A stretch of 64,000 nt of DNA from Candidatus Sulfopaludibacter sp. (GCA_035508155.1 DATJNM010000074.1:15-64014); one strand, 5' to 3'. Shown: positions 1-9,810, numbered from the stretch's first letter. Made by a program: numbers and translations. Notes: generated by a model from the letters alone, not told the origin.

Positions 1-280
1 CAACGATCCGGCACACGGGCGGCGTCGCATTCGGGGAGATTTCCACCAGGTCCACCCCCTGTTGCCGGGCGAGCGCGAGTGCTTCGTTGAGCGAGATGAC
101 GCCGAGGTTCTTGTCGTGCGCGTCAATGACCCGCACTTCACGGGCACGAATCTTGCCGTTGACCCGGACGAACGAGGCGGAGGAAAAACTGCGTGGGGCA
201 AAAGGGCGGCTCAAGACACCCTCGTCGGTTGTGACTGTACTGGATGGTTCTGCATCAAAAAAACCGGCACCTGTCGTAAT
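1..280 (-). CDS. infC: Translation initiation factor IF-3, N-terminal part (gene runs off the window start)
   Basis: Not in the ORF track (no ATG, open at the edge). The minus frame reads ...[58 protein letters not shown], which matches the IF-3 N-domain. An in-frame TAA at 284-286 bounds the ORF. The only candidate starts are ATT (280-278) and TTG (214-212). Confidence 0.75.
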   Translation of the reverse strand, partial: MTTGAGFFDAEPSSTVTTDEGVLSRPFAPRSFSSASFVRVNGKIRAREVRVIDAHDKNLGVISLNEALALARQQGVDLVEISPNATPPVCRIV

Positions 281-315
281 AGATTACGATCTATAATTAA
301 GCAATTCATGGGCCT

Positions 316-1653
316 TTACGCAAGTAAAAAAACGGGACTATTACCCCGTAAAATGGCCCGATTTGCCGCTTCATAAATCTTTTTTAGCGGCACTTTTGCC
401 CGTGCCGCCAGCTTCTTGCACGACTCGAATTCCGGCGAAGCCTGAATAACTTTTTCGTTAAACTTGCCCAATTTCACCGTGATTTTGCCAAACGGCGTTT
501 TGATTTCGGAGAATTCACGCCGCAACTTGCGCCGTTCCGCCACGGTGCGCCGGACGCCAAAGGCGCTGGTCTCTCGCAGAATCCTTTCACTGAAATCATC
601 CGCCCGGGATTCTGTGCATAAAACCGTTAGCAACACGCCGGGCCGGTTCTTTTTCATCTGAATCGGCTGGTAAAAAACGTCCAATGCGCCCGCGACCAGC
701 GCCGTTTCGGCAAAATGGCCTAGAATTTCGGCGTTGATGTCGTCGAGGTTGGTTTCCAGGATCACGATGCGATCGGTTTCCCAATCCAATCCGTGATGGG
801 CGCCGGGTGACGGGTGACGGGATGCGCCGGCCCGCGGAGATTTCACGTCACGCGTCACTCGACGCTCGTCAGTTCCCAGCACGGCGCGTAAAACGTTGGG
901 TCGCGTTTTATTTTCGCGCGAGCCAAGACCGTACCCGATTTTTTCAGCAACCAGATTTCCCATCGGCCCAAAACTTTCAACAAATTCAGCCAGCAACGCC
1001 GCACCCGTCGGCGTGACCAATTCGTGCGGTTCGTTGCATTGTGTAATGCCAATGCCGCGCGCGCCGAGAATGGCCAGCGTTGCCGGCGCTGGAACCGGAA
1101 ATTGTCCGTGCGCGCAATCAATCCAACCGGTGCCTTCAATGACCGGCGCCGCGAGCACGCGCGGTTTGCCCAACATTTCCAGCGCCAGGCACGCACTCAC
1201 AATGTCGGCGATGGAATCCACGGCGCCGACTTCATGGAAATGGACGCGGGCCGGCGGCACCCCGTGAATGCGGCCCTCGGCGTCGGCGATGCGCTGGAAC
1301 ACGCCGATGGATTTTTTCTTCACCCAGTTAGAGAGCCGGCTGCGGGAGATGAGCCGTTTGATTTCGGCGAAATTGCGGCTGTCTTCAGGGGGATGATCGT
1401 GGTGTGGATGGTATGAGTGCTCCTGCCCCCGGTGTCGGGCCCTGGTTGCCCGGCCTTCGTGTACATGCACATCGAATTTAACCCCGGCGATGCCCGATTT
1501 TTGTTCGTGAAGAACGTGGAGATGCCAGCCGCCGAGCCTGAGCTTTTTCAATTCGCGCCCCAGCTTGCGCGGGTCCGCGCCCAGATCAATCAGCGCGCCG
1601 ACAAACATGTCGCCGCTGATGCCGCTGAAAAGGTCGAGGTAAAGCGATTTCAT
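316..1653 (-). CDS. larC: LarC-type nickel insertion protein (DUF111; NPN cofactor nickel chelatase)
   Basis: 445-aa ORF. The N-terminus [25 protein letters not shown] and the length fit the LarC family. Its start overlaps the larB stop in an ATGA at 1650-1653. Confidence 0.8.
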   Translation of the reverse strand: MKSLYLDLFSGISGDMFVGALIDLGADPRKLGRELKKLRLGGWHLHVLHEQKSGIAGVKFDVHVHEGRATRARHRGQEHSYHPHHDHPPEDSRNFAEIKRLISRSRLSNWVKKKSIGVFQRIADAEGRIHGVPPARVHFHEVGAVDSIADIVSACLALEMLGKPRVLAAPVIEGTGWIDCAHGQFPVPAPATLAILGARGIGITQCNEPHELVTPTGAALLAEFVESFGPMGNLVAEKIGYGLGSRENKTRPNVLRAVLGTDERRVTRDVKSPRAGASRHPSPGAHHGLDWETDRIVILETNLDDINAEILGHFAETALVAGALDVFYQPIQMKKNRPGVLLTVLCTESRADDFSERILRETSAFGVRRTVAERRKLRREFSEIKTPFGKITVKLGKFNEKVIQASPEFESCKKLAARAKVPLKKIYEAANRAILRGNSPVFLLA

Positions 1654-2403
1654 TTTTCGAACAACGTATTGATCTGGCTGGCGGCGTACGCCGCGCCGAA
1701 GCCGTTGTCAATATTCACCACGGTCACGCCGCTGGCGCAACTGTTCAACATCGCCAGCAAGGCCGCCACGCCGCCAAAACTCGCGCCGTACCCGACGCTG
1801 GTCGGCACGGCGATCACCGGGTGGGAAACCAGGCCGGCGATGACGCCGGGCAGCGCGCCTTCCATGCCGGCAACAACAATCAACACATTCGCGCTCTGGA
1901 GGACCTCGAGGTGGGGCAGCAGGCGGTGCAACCCCGAAACCCCGACATCGTGGACGCGCTCGACCCGGTTGCCCATGATTTCCGCCGTGACCGCAGCCTC
2001 TTCCGCGACCGGCAAGTCACTTGTGCCGGCGCAAACGACGGCGATGACGCCGGGCCGTTTCGGCGAGGGCTTTTTTTCAAGGGTCACGCAACGCGCCAAT
2101 TGGTGGTAAACCGCCATTTTAAATTTTCGTTTCAGTGCCCGGGCATGTTCCTCGCCGACGCGGGTCGCCAGCACACGCCGATCGCGTGCCAGAATTTCGG
2201 CTGCGATTTTGACGACCTGCGCGGGCGTTTTGCCTGCGCCGAAAATGACTTCGGGAAAACCCTTGCGCAAGGCGATGAGTGTCCACCTGGGCAAAGCCAA
2301 GATCGGCCACCGGCGCGGATTGAAACGCGTGCAGGACCTGGTCGCGGCTCACGCCGCCGGCCCGGAAATTTTCCAGCCACTGGATGGCTTCGGTCGTGGT
2401 CAT
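1650..2403 (-). pseudogene. larB: LarB (pyridinium-3,5-biscarboxylic acid mononucleotide synthase), split by a frameshift near 2265-2275
   Basis: The N-terminus (ORF 2119..2403: ...[13 protein letters not shown]) and the body (ORF 1650..2300: [15 protein letters not shown]...[13 protein letters not shown]...[12 protein letters not shown]...[10 protein letters not shown]) are in different frames. Joined, they reproduce the LarB consensus. Confidence 0.75.
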
Positions 2404-2408
2404 GGCGG

Positions 2409-2493
2409 GTTTATGATTTGCGATTTATGTTTTTAGCAAACAACCGTTCGTGGCGCCTCGCCATCATAAATCAAAAATCATCAATCACAAATA
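2409..2493. repeat. Heptamer-periodic imperfect palindrome (TTTATGA family)
   Basis: Left arm TTTATGA TTTGCGA TTTATGT. Right arm CATAAAT CAAAAAT CATCAAT CACAAAT. The arms are reverse-complementary with a 7-nt period. Confidence 0.7.
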
Positions 2494-2495
2494 TT

Positions 2496-2999
2496 TCAAC
2501 GAGGTTGCCGGAACAGTCGTTCCCGGTTTTTGAACAGGTACCAGACGACCGCCACGTTGATGATGAGGACAATCAACAACCCGAGGTAATAATGGCGTGG
2601 GGTGTGGGGGCGGGGAATCAATTCAGCGATCTCGATTGGGATAAAGAAGGCCGATTCACCAATGGTCAACCAGATGGCCCATTTGGCGCGAAAGGACAGT
2701 CCCACGCCCTCGACGAGCAGGAATAGGCCGCAAAGAAATGTACCGGAAGCCACCTCGCGGACATTGTTGGGTGTGATGGTATCGAGCCAGTCGCCGATCC
2801 TGGCGAAAAAGGTCCGCTCCGGGTCCAGATGCACCCAGCGCAGAAACTGATCAAACACGTCCGACAAATCCTTGTTCGCCAGCGTTAAAACTCCCAGCGC
2901 CAGCAGGAGAAGCGCCACGCCCTTGATCAACTTGATCGCGGCGATGAAATACAGGGTTGGCGCGCGCTTTTTGGCGGACTTGGTGTTTTCGGTGGCCAT
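2496..2999 (-). CDS. Small integral membrane protein (DUF2127-like)
   Basis: 167 aa with about four hydrophobic helices. The N-terminus KKRAPTLYFIAAIKLIKGVALLLLALGV resembles the DUF2127 family as I recall it. Confidence 0.55.
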   Translation of the reverse strand: MATENTKSAKKRAPTLYFIAAIKLIKGVALLLLALGVLTLANKDLSDVFDQFLRWVHLDPERTFFARIGDWLDTITPNNVREVASGTFLCGLFLLVEGVGLSFRAKWAIWLTIGESAFFIPIEIAELIPRPHTPRHYYLGLLIVLIINVAVVWYLFKNRERLFRQPR

Positions 3000-3021
3000 C
3001 GAATTCAGTCTCCAATCTACT

Positions 3022-4023
3022 TCAAACCGCCGCCGGTGGCGAGACGGCTGAGGGAGGTCCGGGTTCAGTCACCGTGTTGCGCGACGCTTCCACCTTGATG
3101 TAATGCAGGACCACCGGCGCGAGGATCATCCCGGGAACGCCCATCAGTTTTTCGCCCAGCACCAGCCCGATGAGGGTCAGCCACATCGGGCTTTTAATCC
3201 GGTCGCCAATAATTTTGCTGTTGAGGAAATATTCCAGTTTGTGGATGACGATGAGAAAAATGAGCGCGACGAGCGCCATGTTCGGTGAGAGGGTGAAACT
3301 GACCCCGACGATCAGGGTGTTGCTGATGATGTTGCCGATGATGGGCAACAAGCCGCACAGGAACGTAAAGGCGACGAGCACGGTGGCATACGGATAGCCG
3401 TTCCAAAATAGGAAACCGGAAGTCAAGGCCGTATTGATGATGGAAATGATGATTTGCGCGCCAATGACCCGGGAGAAGCTGCGGTAAAAGTTTCGCGCCC
3501 GAATATCCAATTCGCGCACGACCGTCGCGTACAAGCTGTCTCGCGCGGTCTGGGGGTCATTCTCGGCGCCCGAGGTCGCGTTCAGGAAAAGCCCCAGCGC
3601 CACCACAAGCCCGATGAACAAGAGGACGATCTGGAAGGCGGCGGCGCGCAGGAAGCGTCCGGCGTTGGCCACATCTTCCTTCACCTCGTTGATGGCGGCG
3701 GCCTTAAAGCTGGCCGGATCGCTGAACGGCAGCTCCACCCCCTGCTTTTCTGCGTACCCGACGACGGCGGGAATCGTGGTTTCGGCGATCCTGGGCGCCG
3801 CGATGTAAGCCTGGCGTGAAAAATAAAACACGCCCCAACCGATGGCCGCGACGGCGATGAGATAGAGGGTCACACCCCAAAATTTGCTGCGTCCAAAGCT
3901 GAATTGTTGCAAGGCGAAGTAACCGAACAGGACGGTGAGAATCAGGGTTCCCAGGTGTAACCCGCCGGCCAGGAGCAGCAGTACCGCCATGATGACATGG
4001 GAAATGCGCGCCGGCTGGCTCAT
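3022..4023 (-). CDS. AI-2E family transporter (PerM/UPF0118)
   Basis: Polytopic membrane protein. The ...GLLPIIGNIISNTLIVGVSF... region is typical of the family. The ATG at 4023 (MSQPARISH) is preferred; the ORF-track start at 4065 would overlap glyQS. Confidence 0.7.
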   Translation of the reverse strand: MSQPARISHVIMAVLLLLAGGLHLGTLILTVLFGYFALQQFSFGRSKFWGVTLYLIAVAAIGWGVFYFSRQAYIAAPRIAETTIPAVVGYAEKQGVELPFSDPASFKAAAINEVKEDVANAGRFLRAAAFQIVLLFIGLVVALGLFLNATSGAENDPQTARDSLYATVVRELDIRARNFYRSFSRVIGAQIIISIINTALTSGFLFWNGYPYATVLVAFTFLCGLLPIIGNIISNTLIVGVSFTLSPNMALVALIFLIVIHKLEYFLNSKIIGDRIKSPMWLTLIGLVLGEKLMGVPGMILAPVVLHYIKVEASRNTVTEPGPPSAVSPPAAV

Positions 4024-4040
4024 GGCTGATTCATACACCC

Positions 4041-5666
4041 TCAGCGGATTTTCGGCAGCAACCAATTCAGCAATTCGCCAATCGCCAGCCGCTCCTGTTT
4101 GCCGTCATCGCGATAGCGCACCGTTACGGTGTCCTGCCACTCGGGCTTCTCCCCCAGGGTGTCAAAATCAATCGTCACGCAGAACGGCGTGCCCGCTTCG
4201 TCCTGCCGGCGATATCGCCGGCCGATCGCGCCCGCGTCGTCATAGAAAACATTCATGTGCGGACGCAGCCGATCGCGCACTTCCCGCGCTTTTTTTACCA
4301 GCTCGGGCTTGTTTTTCAGCAACGGCAGCACGGCCGCCTTGATCGGCGCGACCCGCGGATGAAATTTCAGCACCACCCGCGTTTCCAGCTTGCCTTTTTC
4401 GTCGGGCATCTGGTCTTCGTGGTACGCATTGCAAATCAGCGCCAGGATGAGCCGGTCCACGCCCGCGGACGGCTCGATGACGTGCGGAATGTATTGGCCT
4501 TTGGCCAGTCCTTCCGCGTCTTCCCTGGCTTCCTTTTCCCCCTTTTCCGCCTCGACGCCCGTTTTCACAAGATACTTCAAGCGTGCCTCGTAATAGCGTT
4601 TCGACAAGTCGGCTTTCCTGGCCTCCTCGAGTTTGCCCCAGGCGGCGCGCAGTTCCTCGTCGAAAACCCCCATCGGCTTGCCGGAGAAACGTTCGTGCTG
4701 GCTCAAATCAAAATCGCTGCGGGCGGCAATGCCTTCCAGTTCCTCGCCTGTCAGCTCGCCGTTCTCGTCACGTTTGCTGAACGGGAATTTGTAAAGAATG
4801 TCCACCGTGGCGCGGGCGTAATGCGCCAATTCCTCAGGTTTTTGCCAGTACTCGACCAGCGTGTTCCGCGGCAGGCCGATGCCTTCGTAAAAGGCGATAC
4901 GCTGTTCGACCCAGTATTTGTGCCACGCTTCCCAGCCCCAATCCGAATTACCGATTTCCGATTTCCGATTTCCGATTTCAGCTGCCGTGGCGACACGACC
5001 GGCGATGGCCTCCACCACCTCGTCGGGCTTGATGAAAAATTCCAGTTCCATCTGCTCGAACTCGCGCGAGCGGAAGGTATAATTGCGGGGGGTGACCTCA
5101 TTGCGAAACGCCTTGCCGACCTGGGCAATGCCGAAGGGCACCTTCTGACGCGACGTTTCCATGACATTCTTGAACTGCGCGAAAATCGCCTGCGCGGTTT
5201 CCGGACGGAGATAAGCAACGGCGGAGGCGTCTTGCACGGGCCCAACATAGGTCTGGAACATGAGATTGAAGGCACGCGGCGCGGTCTTCTCGCCATGGCA
5301 TTCGGAAACCGATTTACTCGGTTTTTGCGGACAGGGAATTTCGCCGGTTTGGTCCGCCCGAAAGCGGCCCTTGCAGGTTTTACAGTCAATCATCGGATCG
5401 CTGAACGTGTCCACGTGGCCGCTGGCCTTCCAGATTTGCGGCGACATGATGATGGTGGCTTCCAGGCCGACCACGTCGTCGCGCTGGCGGGTCATGGCGT
5501 GCCACCAGAGCTCCTTGACGTTGCGCTTGAGTTCGGCGCCCAGCGGGCCGTAATCCCAAAAACCGTTGATGCCGCCGTAAATTTCCGATGACGGGTAGAT
5601 GAAGCCGCGCCGCTTGCACAGCGACACGATTTTTTCCATGAGCACGTTTTCTTTCGGGTCAGCCAC
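4041..5666 (-). CDS. glyQS: Glycine--tRNA ligase (class II, homodimeric GlyQS type)
   Basis: MEKIVSLCKRRGFIYPSSEIYGGINGFWDYGPLG and the class II motifs are present; 541 aa. An alternative start is the ATG at 5639 (MEKIV). Confidence 0.9.
   Translation of the reverse strand: MADPKENVLMEKIVSLCKRRGFIYPSSEIYGGINGFWDYGPLGAELKRNVKELWWHAMTRQRDDVVGLEATIIMSPQIWKASGHVDTFSDPMIDCKTCKGRFRADQTGEIPCPQKPSKSVSECHGEKTAPRAFNLMFQTYVGPVQDASAVAYLRPETAQAIFAQFKNVMETSRQKVPFGIAQVGKAFRNEVTPRNYTFRSREFEQMELEFFIKPDEVVEAIAGRVATAAEIGNRKSEIGNSDWGWEAWHKYWVEQRIAFYEGIGLPRNTLVEYWQKPEELAHYARATVDILYKFPFSKRDENGELTGEELEGIAARSDFDLSQHERFSGKPMGVFDEELRAAWGKLEEARKADLSKRYYEARLKYLVKTGVEAEKGEKEAREDAEGLAKGQYIPHVIEPSAGVDRLILALICNAYHEDQMPDEKGKLETRVVLKFHPRVAPIKAAVLPLLKNKPELVKKAREVRDRLRPHMNVFYDDAGAIGRRYRRQDEAGTPFCVTIDFDTLGEKPEWQDTVTVRYRDDGKQERLAIGELLNWLLPKIR
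4943..4978. repeat. Tandem heptamer repeat (CCGATTT x4 on plus strand, GAAATCG on the coding strand) inside glyQS
   Basis: Exact units lie at 4951-4957, 4958-4964, 4965-4971 and 4972-4978, with a degenerate copy at 4943-4950. It encodes AEIGNRKSEIGNS. Confidence 0.9.
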
Positions 5667-5872
5667 AGGATGGCCAGTGTTTGCGATGGGCGCGCAGCTG
5701 TAAATGAGATTTTAGCCGTCCTGGCGACGTTTGGATGCGTGAGTTTCACGCGCGAGGCGTGAAAATTTTACGCGCCGCGGCGTTTTTGACTTCGTGGACA
5801 ACCATTTTTCCGGGCTTTTGCCGGGAATTCCGTTTGGCACCGTCAGTGCTAGGAAAATTTCAGAATATTGTG

Positions 5873-5900
5873 TTGACAGCCAGTGCGGTTTGGCTAGATT
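5873..5900 (+). promoter_or_regulatory. Candidate sigma70-type promoter for the prepilin-type gene
   Basis: TTGACA (5873-5878), a 16-nt spacer, then TAGATT (5895-5900), about 45 nt upstream of the ATG at 5946. Confidence 0.35.
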
Positions 5901-5945
5901 CCGCCAACCATCACCGAAAGATAAAAATAAAAACCACGTGAACTT

Positions 5946-6809
5946 ATGAAAAAAATTCTAAGACAAAAAAAGGCCTTCACCCTGATTGAACTGCTGGTGG
6001 TGATCGCCATTATCGCCATTCTGGCGGCCATGCTGCTGCCGGCGCTCGCCGCCGCCAAGCGCAAGGCGCAACGCATCAATTGTATCAGCAATCTCAAACA
6101 AATTGGCATCTCCTTCCGGATGTGGGGCGATGACAACGGCGGCCAATATCCCAGCACGGTTCTTTGCGCCAATGGCGGCGCCGAAGAAAATGTTTACAGT
6201 GCGCAAAATACAACTCTCCCTGCTCCGGCGAGCCCCTATACCCAAGGTTATTATCCGGCGCAGTGCTTTACCGTGATGTCAAACACGCTGGATAATCCGG
6301 CATTGCTGGCCTGCCCCTCGGATTCCACCGCACCACACAGCACTCCCGCGACGAATTGGGCTCAATTTTTCGCTGTAACTGGCGGGACTCCCTCCGGCTC
6401 GACTGCCATCAACGACAGCTATCTAAGTTATTTTGTTTGTGGCGATTCCATTGATACCCAACCCCAGTCAATCCTGTGCGGTGACCGCAATATTGGTAAC
6501 GGTGGCACTCCAGCAGGTCAGGCAGCTGCCGGGATTTGTAGCGCCTCAAGTACTTCCACCGGGCAAGCGGCATCCAATGGCCTCGGCAATGGCGGACAAG
6601 CCGGCACTCCCAGTGTGGCAAGTGTAGGTCTTAAAGGGGTTGATTTTGCCCTGTGGTCATGGAGCGCCAATGACATCCACCTGGGGGCCGGCAACCTTTT
6701 GTTGGGTGACGGCAGCGCCCAACAGGCAACCATATCCGATTTGCAGAAGGATTTGTTGAACGCTACGAATGGGCCAACCATCTATCCGTATTATAATTTC
6801 CCGAACTAG
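5946..6809 (+). CDS. Prepilin-type N-terminal cleavage/methylation domain protein with H-X9-DG motif (DUF1559-like)
   Basis: N-terminus [28 protein letters not shown]-terminal motif [14 protein letters not shown] (H-X9-DG). Confidence 0.85.
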   Translation: MKKILRQKKAFTLIELLVVIAIIAILAAMLLPALAAAKRKAQRINCISNLKQIGISFRMWGDDNGGQYPSTVLCANGGAEENVYSAQNTTLPAPASPYTQGYYPAQCFTVMSNTLDNPALLACPSDSTAPHSTPATNWAQFFAVTGGTPSGSTAINDSYLSYFVCGDSIDTQPQSILCGDRNIGNGGTPAGQAAAGICSASSTSTGQAASNGLGNGGQAGTPSVASVGLKGVDFALWSWSANDIHLGAGNLLLGDGSAQQATISDLQKDLLNATNGPTIYPYYNFPN

Positions 6810-6841
6810 TTCGTAGTTTTCGGACGTCCTTGTCCCGGCAC

Positions 6842-6872
6842 CGAGGCGCCTTTCCCGGCGCCTCGTTTTTTA
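6842..6872 (+). terminator. Rho-independent terminator
   Basis: Stem CGAGGCGCC / GGCGCCTCG, loop tttccc, followed by TTTTTTA. Confidence 0.75.
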
Positions 6873-6935
6873 TTAAGTGACGATGCGGGTACCACCGCGG
6901 TTTGCAGAAATTCTCCCGGGAATTTTCAGCGCTCG

Positions 6936-7027
6936 GGCGGTTGGATTGGCATGGGTACAGGCTGGTGGGGCGGGGCTGTTGACGAGCCGGCTCGCGGGGA
7001 CGCTCACCCTGCCGAAAATGGCAAACC
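6936..7027. repeat. GC-rich structured palindromic element (core TGACGAGCCGGCTCGCGGG), copy 1
   Basis: Aligns over about 90 nt with 29649-29743. It contains the perfect 12-nt palindrome CGAGCCGGCTCG. Confidence 0.75.
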
Positions 7028-7033
7028 ATGTCC

Positions 7034-7534
7034 CTACCGTTGTGTTTCCTTTTTTGCCTTTTCTAAAAGTCGTTGTTCCAGGAAAAATTTTTGCAACAGC
7101 GCGCGGCACTCCAGCTCGCGCACGCCGGAGGTAATTTCACAACGATGATTTAACGTGGGCAATTGCAGCAGGTTCAGCGCACCACCGGCCGCCCCGGCCT
7201 TCGGATCACCGACGCCGAACACCACTCGCGTCAGCCGGGTGTGCACCACGGCCCCCGCACACATCGGACACGGCTCCTTGGTCACATACAGGGTGCCATC
7301 GGTCAGCCGCCAGTCGCCCATGACCTCCTCCGCCTGCGTGAGCGCAAGCATCTCCGCGTGGGCGGTCGCGTCTTTCAGTAATTCGACCTGGTTGCAGGCG
7401 CGGGCAATGACACGCCCTTCGCGCACAACCACCGCGCCGACCGGGACTTCGCCCGCCGCGTAAGCCTTGGCCGCCTGGCGCAGCGCCTCGCGCATGAAAT
7501 AGTCATCGCTGTGCAGGTCAATCACGGGCGCCAT
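7034..7534 (-). CDS. tadA: tRNA adenosine(34) deaminase
   Basis: HAEMLAL...PCPMCAGA deaminase zinc motifs; 166 aa. Confidence 0.9.
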   Translation of the reverse strand: MAPVIDLHSDDYFMREALRQAAKAYAAGEVPVGAVVVREGRVIARACNQVELLKDATAHAEMLALTQAEEVMGDWRLTDGTLYVTKEPCPMCAGAVVHTRLTRVVFGVGDPKAGAAGGALNLLQLPTLNHRCEITSGVRELECRALLQKFFLEQRLLEKAKKETQR

Positions 7535-7610
7535 AAATGTCGCAGGAAGAATGCAGCATGCAGAAGTAAAATCAAACGTGCAGCGTTAAAAATTTCTTGA
7601 TGCGGCCTTC

Positions 7611-8108
7611 TTATTTCAGCCTTGCCTCTTCGAGCGTCCATTCATTCCGGCCGTCCGGAGGGCAATGGCAATGGGCCGCAAAAAAGCCGCCACGGTATTG
7701 CCAAAACCACGGCCAGATCTGTTCGCGGTCGGTTTGGGGAATTTTCAGCGAGGCCAATGCTTCCCGCGGGAAGAATTGAAACCGGCCCTCGGCATGATCC
7801 GGCGGCGGGGCTTTCAACTTCAATTTCAATTCGAACAAAAACATCAGCCAATGGGTCTGGCCTTGATAACCGTGCTCGCTGACCAGGCCGGTCAGATGTA
7901 GATCCATTGTTCGGACCGGGATGCCGAGTTCTTCCCCGGCCTCGCGGCTGGCACAGGCATAAGGCGACTCCCCGATGTCCATTTTCAATTTGCCGCCGCA
8001 CGGGCTCCAGAAACCGCGGTTGGGCTCCTGTGCGCGTTCGAGCAGAAGCACGTCGTCCCGCTCATTGAAGCAGTACAGCAACGTCGCGACTTTGTAGGGC
8101 AGCGGCAT
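7611..8108 (-). CDS. NUDIX hydrolase
   Basis: Nudix box GGKLKMDIGESPYACASREAGEELGI. Confidence 0.8.
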   Translation of the reverse strand: MPLPYKVATLLYCFNERDDVLLLERAQEPNRGFWSPCGGKLKMDIGESPYACASREAGEELGIPVRTMDLHLTGLVSEHGYQGQTHWLMFLFELKLKLKAPPPDHAEGRFQFFPREALASLKIPQTDREQIWPWFWQYRGGFFAAHCHCPPDGRNEWTLEEARLK

Positions 8109-8189
8109 TTGCGATTTCAGACTTTCGATTTACGGTCGCTTCTCAATGAAACCGGTCCATCGTAGATCGTAAATCGCAAATCGTAAATT
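8108..8189. repeat. Heptamer-periodic imperfect palindrome (AAATCGN family)
   Basis: Left arm TTTGCGA TTTCAGA CTTTCGA TTTACGG. Right arm TCGTAGA TCGTAAA TCGCAAA TCGTAAA. Confidence 0.7.
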
Positions 8190-8258
8190 CTTCATTGTCT
8201 CCACGCGGCAAATGGCTAGCATAACCGGCCTGATTTCGATTGCAGGGATAAATAATAA

Positions 8259-9362
8259 ATGAAAACTTACGATATCGCACTTATGGGCGGCGACGGCACC
8301 GGGCCGGAGGTCGCCGCCGAAGGCGTCAAGGTCTCCGACGTCGCGGCCAAAAAGTTCGGTTTTAAAATCAACTGGCACAAATACGATTTTGGCGGCGAAC
8401 GCTATCTGAAAACCGGCGAAGTGTTGCCGGACAGCGCGGTGGCTGAATTGCGGAAGTTTAAGGCCATCTTTCTGGGCGCGGTGGGCCATCCGCAGGTCAA
8501 GCCCGGCATTCTGGAAAAAGGCATCCTGCTGCGACTCCGTTTCGAGCTGGAACAATACATCAATCTGCGCCCGGTCAAACTCTATCGCGCCGTGGACTGC
8601 CCACTCAAGGACAAGGGGCCGGAACACATTGACTTTGTCGTCGTGCGCGAAAACAACGAGGGCATTTACACCGGCTCGGGCGGCTTTATCTTCAAGAACA
8701 CGCCGCACGAAGTCGCCATCCAGGAATCGGTCAATACGCGGCGCGGCGTGGACCGCTGCTTGAAATATGCCTTCGACCTGGCGCAGAAACGCCGCGACGG
8801 CAAACCGTGGAAAGGCCTCAAGCCGGAGGATGTCCAGGCGGGTAAAACCGCGCAACTGACGCTGTGCGGCAAAACCAATGTCCTCACGTACGCCTTTGAT
8901 TTGTGGGAACGCGCCTTCCATGAACTCGGCGCGAAATATCCTTCCGTGAAGCGCGATTATGCGCACGTGGACGCCACGTGCATGTGGTTTGTGAAAAATC
9001 CCGAGTGGTTCGACGTGATTGTCACCGACAACATGTTCGGCGACATCATTACCGACCTGGCCGCGATGATTCAGGGCGGGCTGGGTGTTGCGGCGGGTGG
9101 CAATATCAATCCCGAAGGCACCAGCATGTTCGAACCGATGGGCGGCAGCGCGCCCAAGTACACCGGCCAGAACGTCATCAATCCCATTGCGGCCATTAAT
9201 GCCGCCGGCCTGATGCTGGATTTCCTCGGTGAAGCCAAGGCCGGCGCGGCCATGGAAGACGCCGTCGTGAGGGTCATCAATACGAAAATCAAGTCACTGG
9301 CCGCCGGCAAGATGGGTTATGGCACGCGCGAGGTCGGCGATTTGGTGGCGGCGGCGCTTTGA
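8259..9362 (+). CDS. Isocitrate/isopropylmalate dehydrogenase family oxidoreductase (LeuB / tartrate dehydrogenase-like)
   Basis: GGDGTGPEV near the N-terminus, plus [12 protein letters not shown]...[17 protein letters not shown]. Confidence 0.8.
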   Translation: MKTYDIALMGGDGTGPEVAAEGVKVSDVAAKKFGFKINWHKYDFGGERYLKTGEVLPDSAVAELRKFKAIFLGAVGHPQVKPGILEKGILLRLRFELEQYINLRPVKLYRAVDCPLKDKGPEHIDFVVVRENNEGIYTGSGGFIFKNTPHEVAIQESVNTRRGVDRCLKYAFDLAQKRRDGKPWKGLKPEDVQAGKTAQLTLCGKTNVLTYAFDLWERAFHELGAKYPSVKRDYAHVDATCMWFVKNPEWFDVIVTDNMFGDIITDLAAMIQGGLGVAAGGNINPEGTSMFEPMGGSAPKYTGQNVINPIAAINAAGLMLDFLGEAKAGAAMEDAVVRVINTKIKSLAAGKMGYGTREVGDLVAAAL

Positions 9363-9380
9363 GGGCGCACAAGCGGAAGC

Positions 9381-9810
9381 TTGAACTCCCACGGTGAAAA
9401 GTCTGACCGAACTCTCTGGTTTGAAACGCCGCACCGGCGTGGGTACCTCAACATCACCGTCATGGTCGAATGACTCGTCCGCAAAAGCGGTGTGCAGGAG
9501 GGACGTTGCCTCATCAACGCCTGCACATCACCGCCAGCGCCTATATTAACGATGCCGAAGACGGCCTGTTACACGATTACGATTTCCGGCTCAACCGCTG
9601 GCGCCACACGAGCCAACATCGCAATACCAGCATAGTCGCACCGGCGAGGACAACGCCGACGCGCACTTGAAACGCCAGGTCATGGGGCGCGAGGTCGTCG
9701 TGGCCATCACCCAGGGCAAACTCGACCTCGGCCCGTGGGAACAGATTTTCTACGGCGAATTCGACGACCGCCATCGCAAATGTGTGCTGGTGAAAATCAT
9801 CGGCGAATAA
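9381..9810 (+). pseudogene. YjbQ/UPF0047 family (secondary thiamine-phosphate synthase-like) pseudogene
   Basis: The family consensus is recovered only by joining three frames: LWFETPHRRGYLNITVMVE, an in-frame TGA (9471-9473), LVRKSGVQEG..INA, a shift near 9521, [24 protein letters not shown], a shift near 9598, then [56 protein letters not shown]...VLVKIIGE. Confidence 0.8.

Noticed and set aside
62-376. Plus-strand ORFs 62..376 and 87..296 at the window start.
   Set aside because: They lie antisense to the IF-3 (infC) coding sequence, whose translation matches the family consensus. The plus-strand products have no recognisable features.
2255-2285. Programmed ribosomal frameshift in larB.
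   Set aside because: No X_XXY_YYZ-type slippery sequence, poly-A/T run or obvious downstream stimulatory structure lies at the junction. A mutation or an assembly indel is the simpler explanation.
7034-8108. Adjacent deaminase plus Nudix genes as a candidate anti-phage module.
   Set aside because: The deaminase is a canonical 166-aa TadA (HAE/PCxxC, correct length). The Nudix protein is a generic small hydrolase. There are no associated sensor or effector domains and no mobile context.
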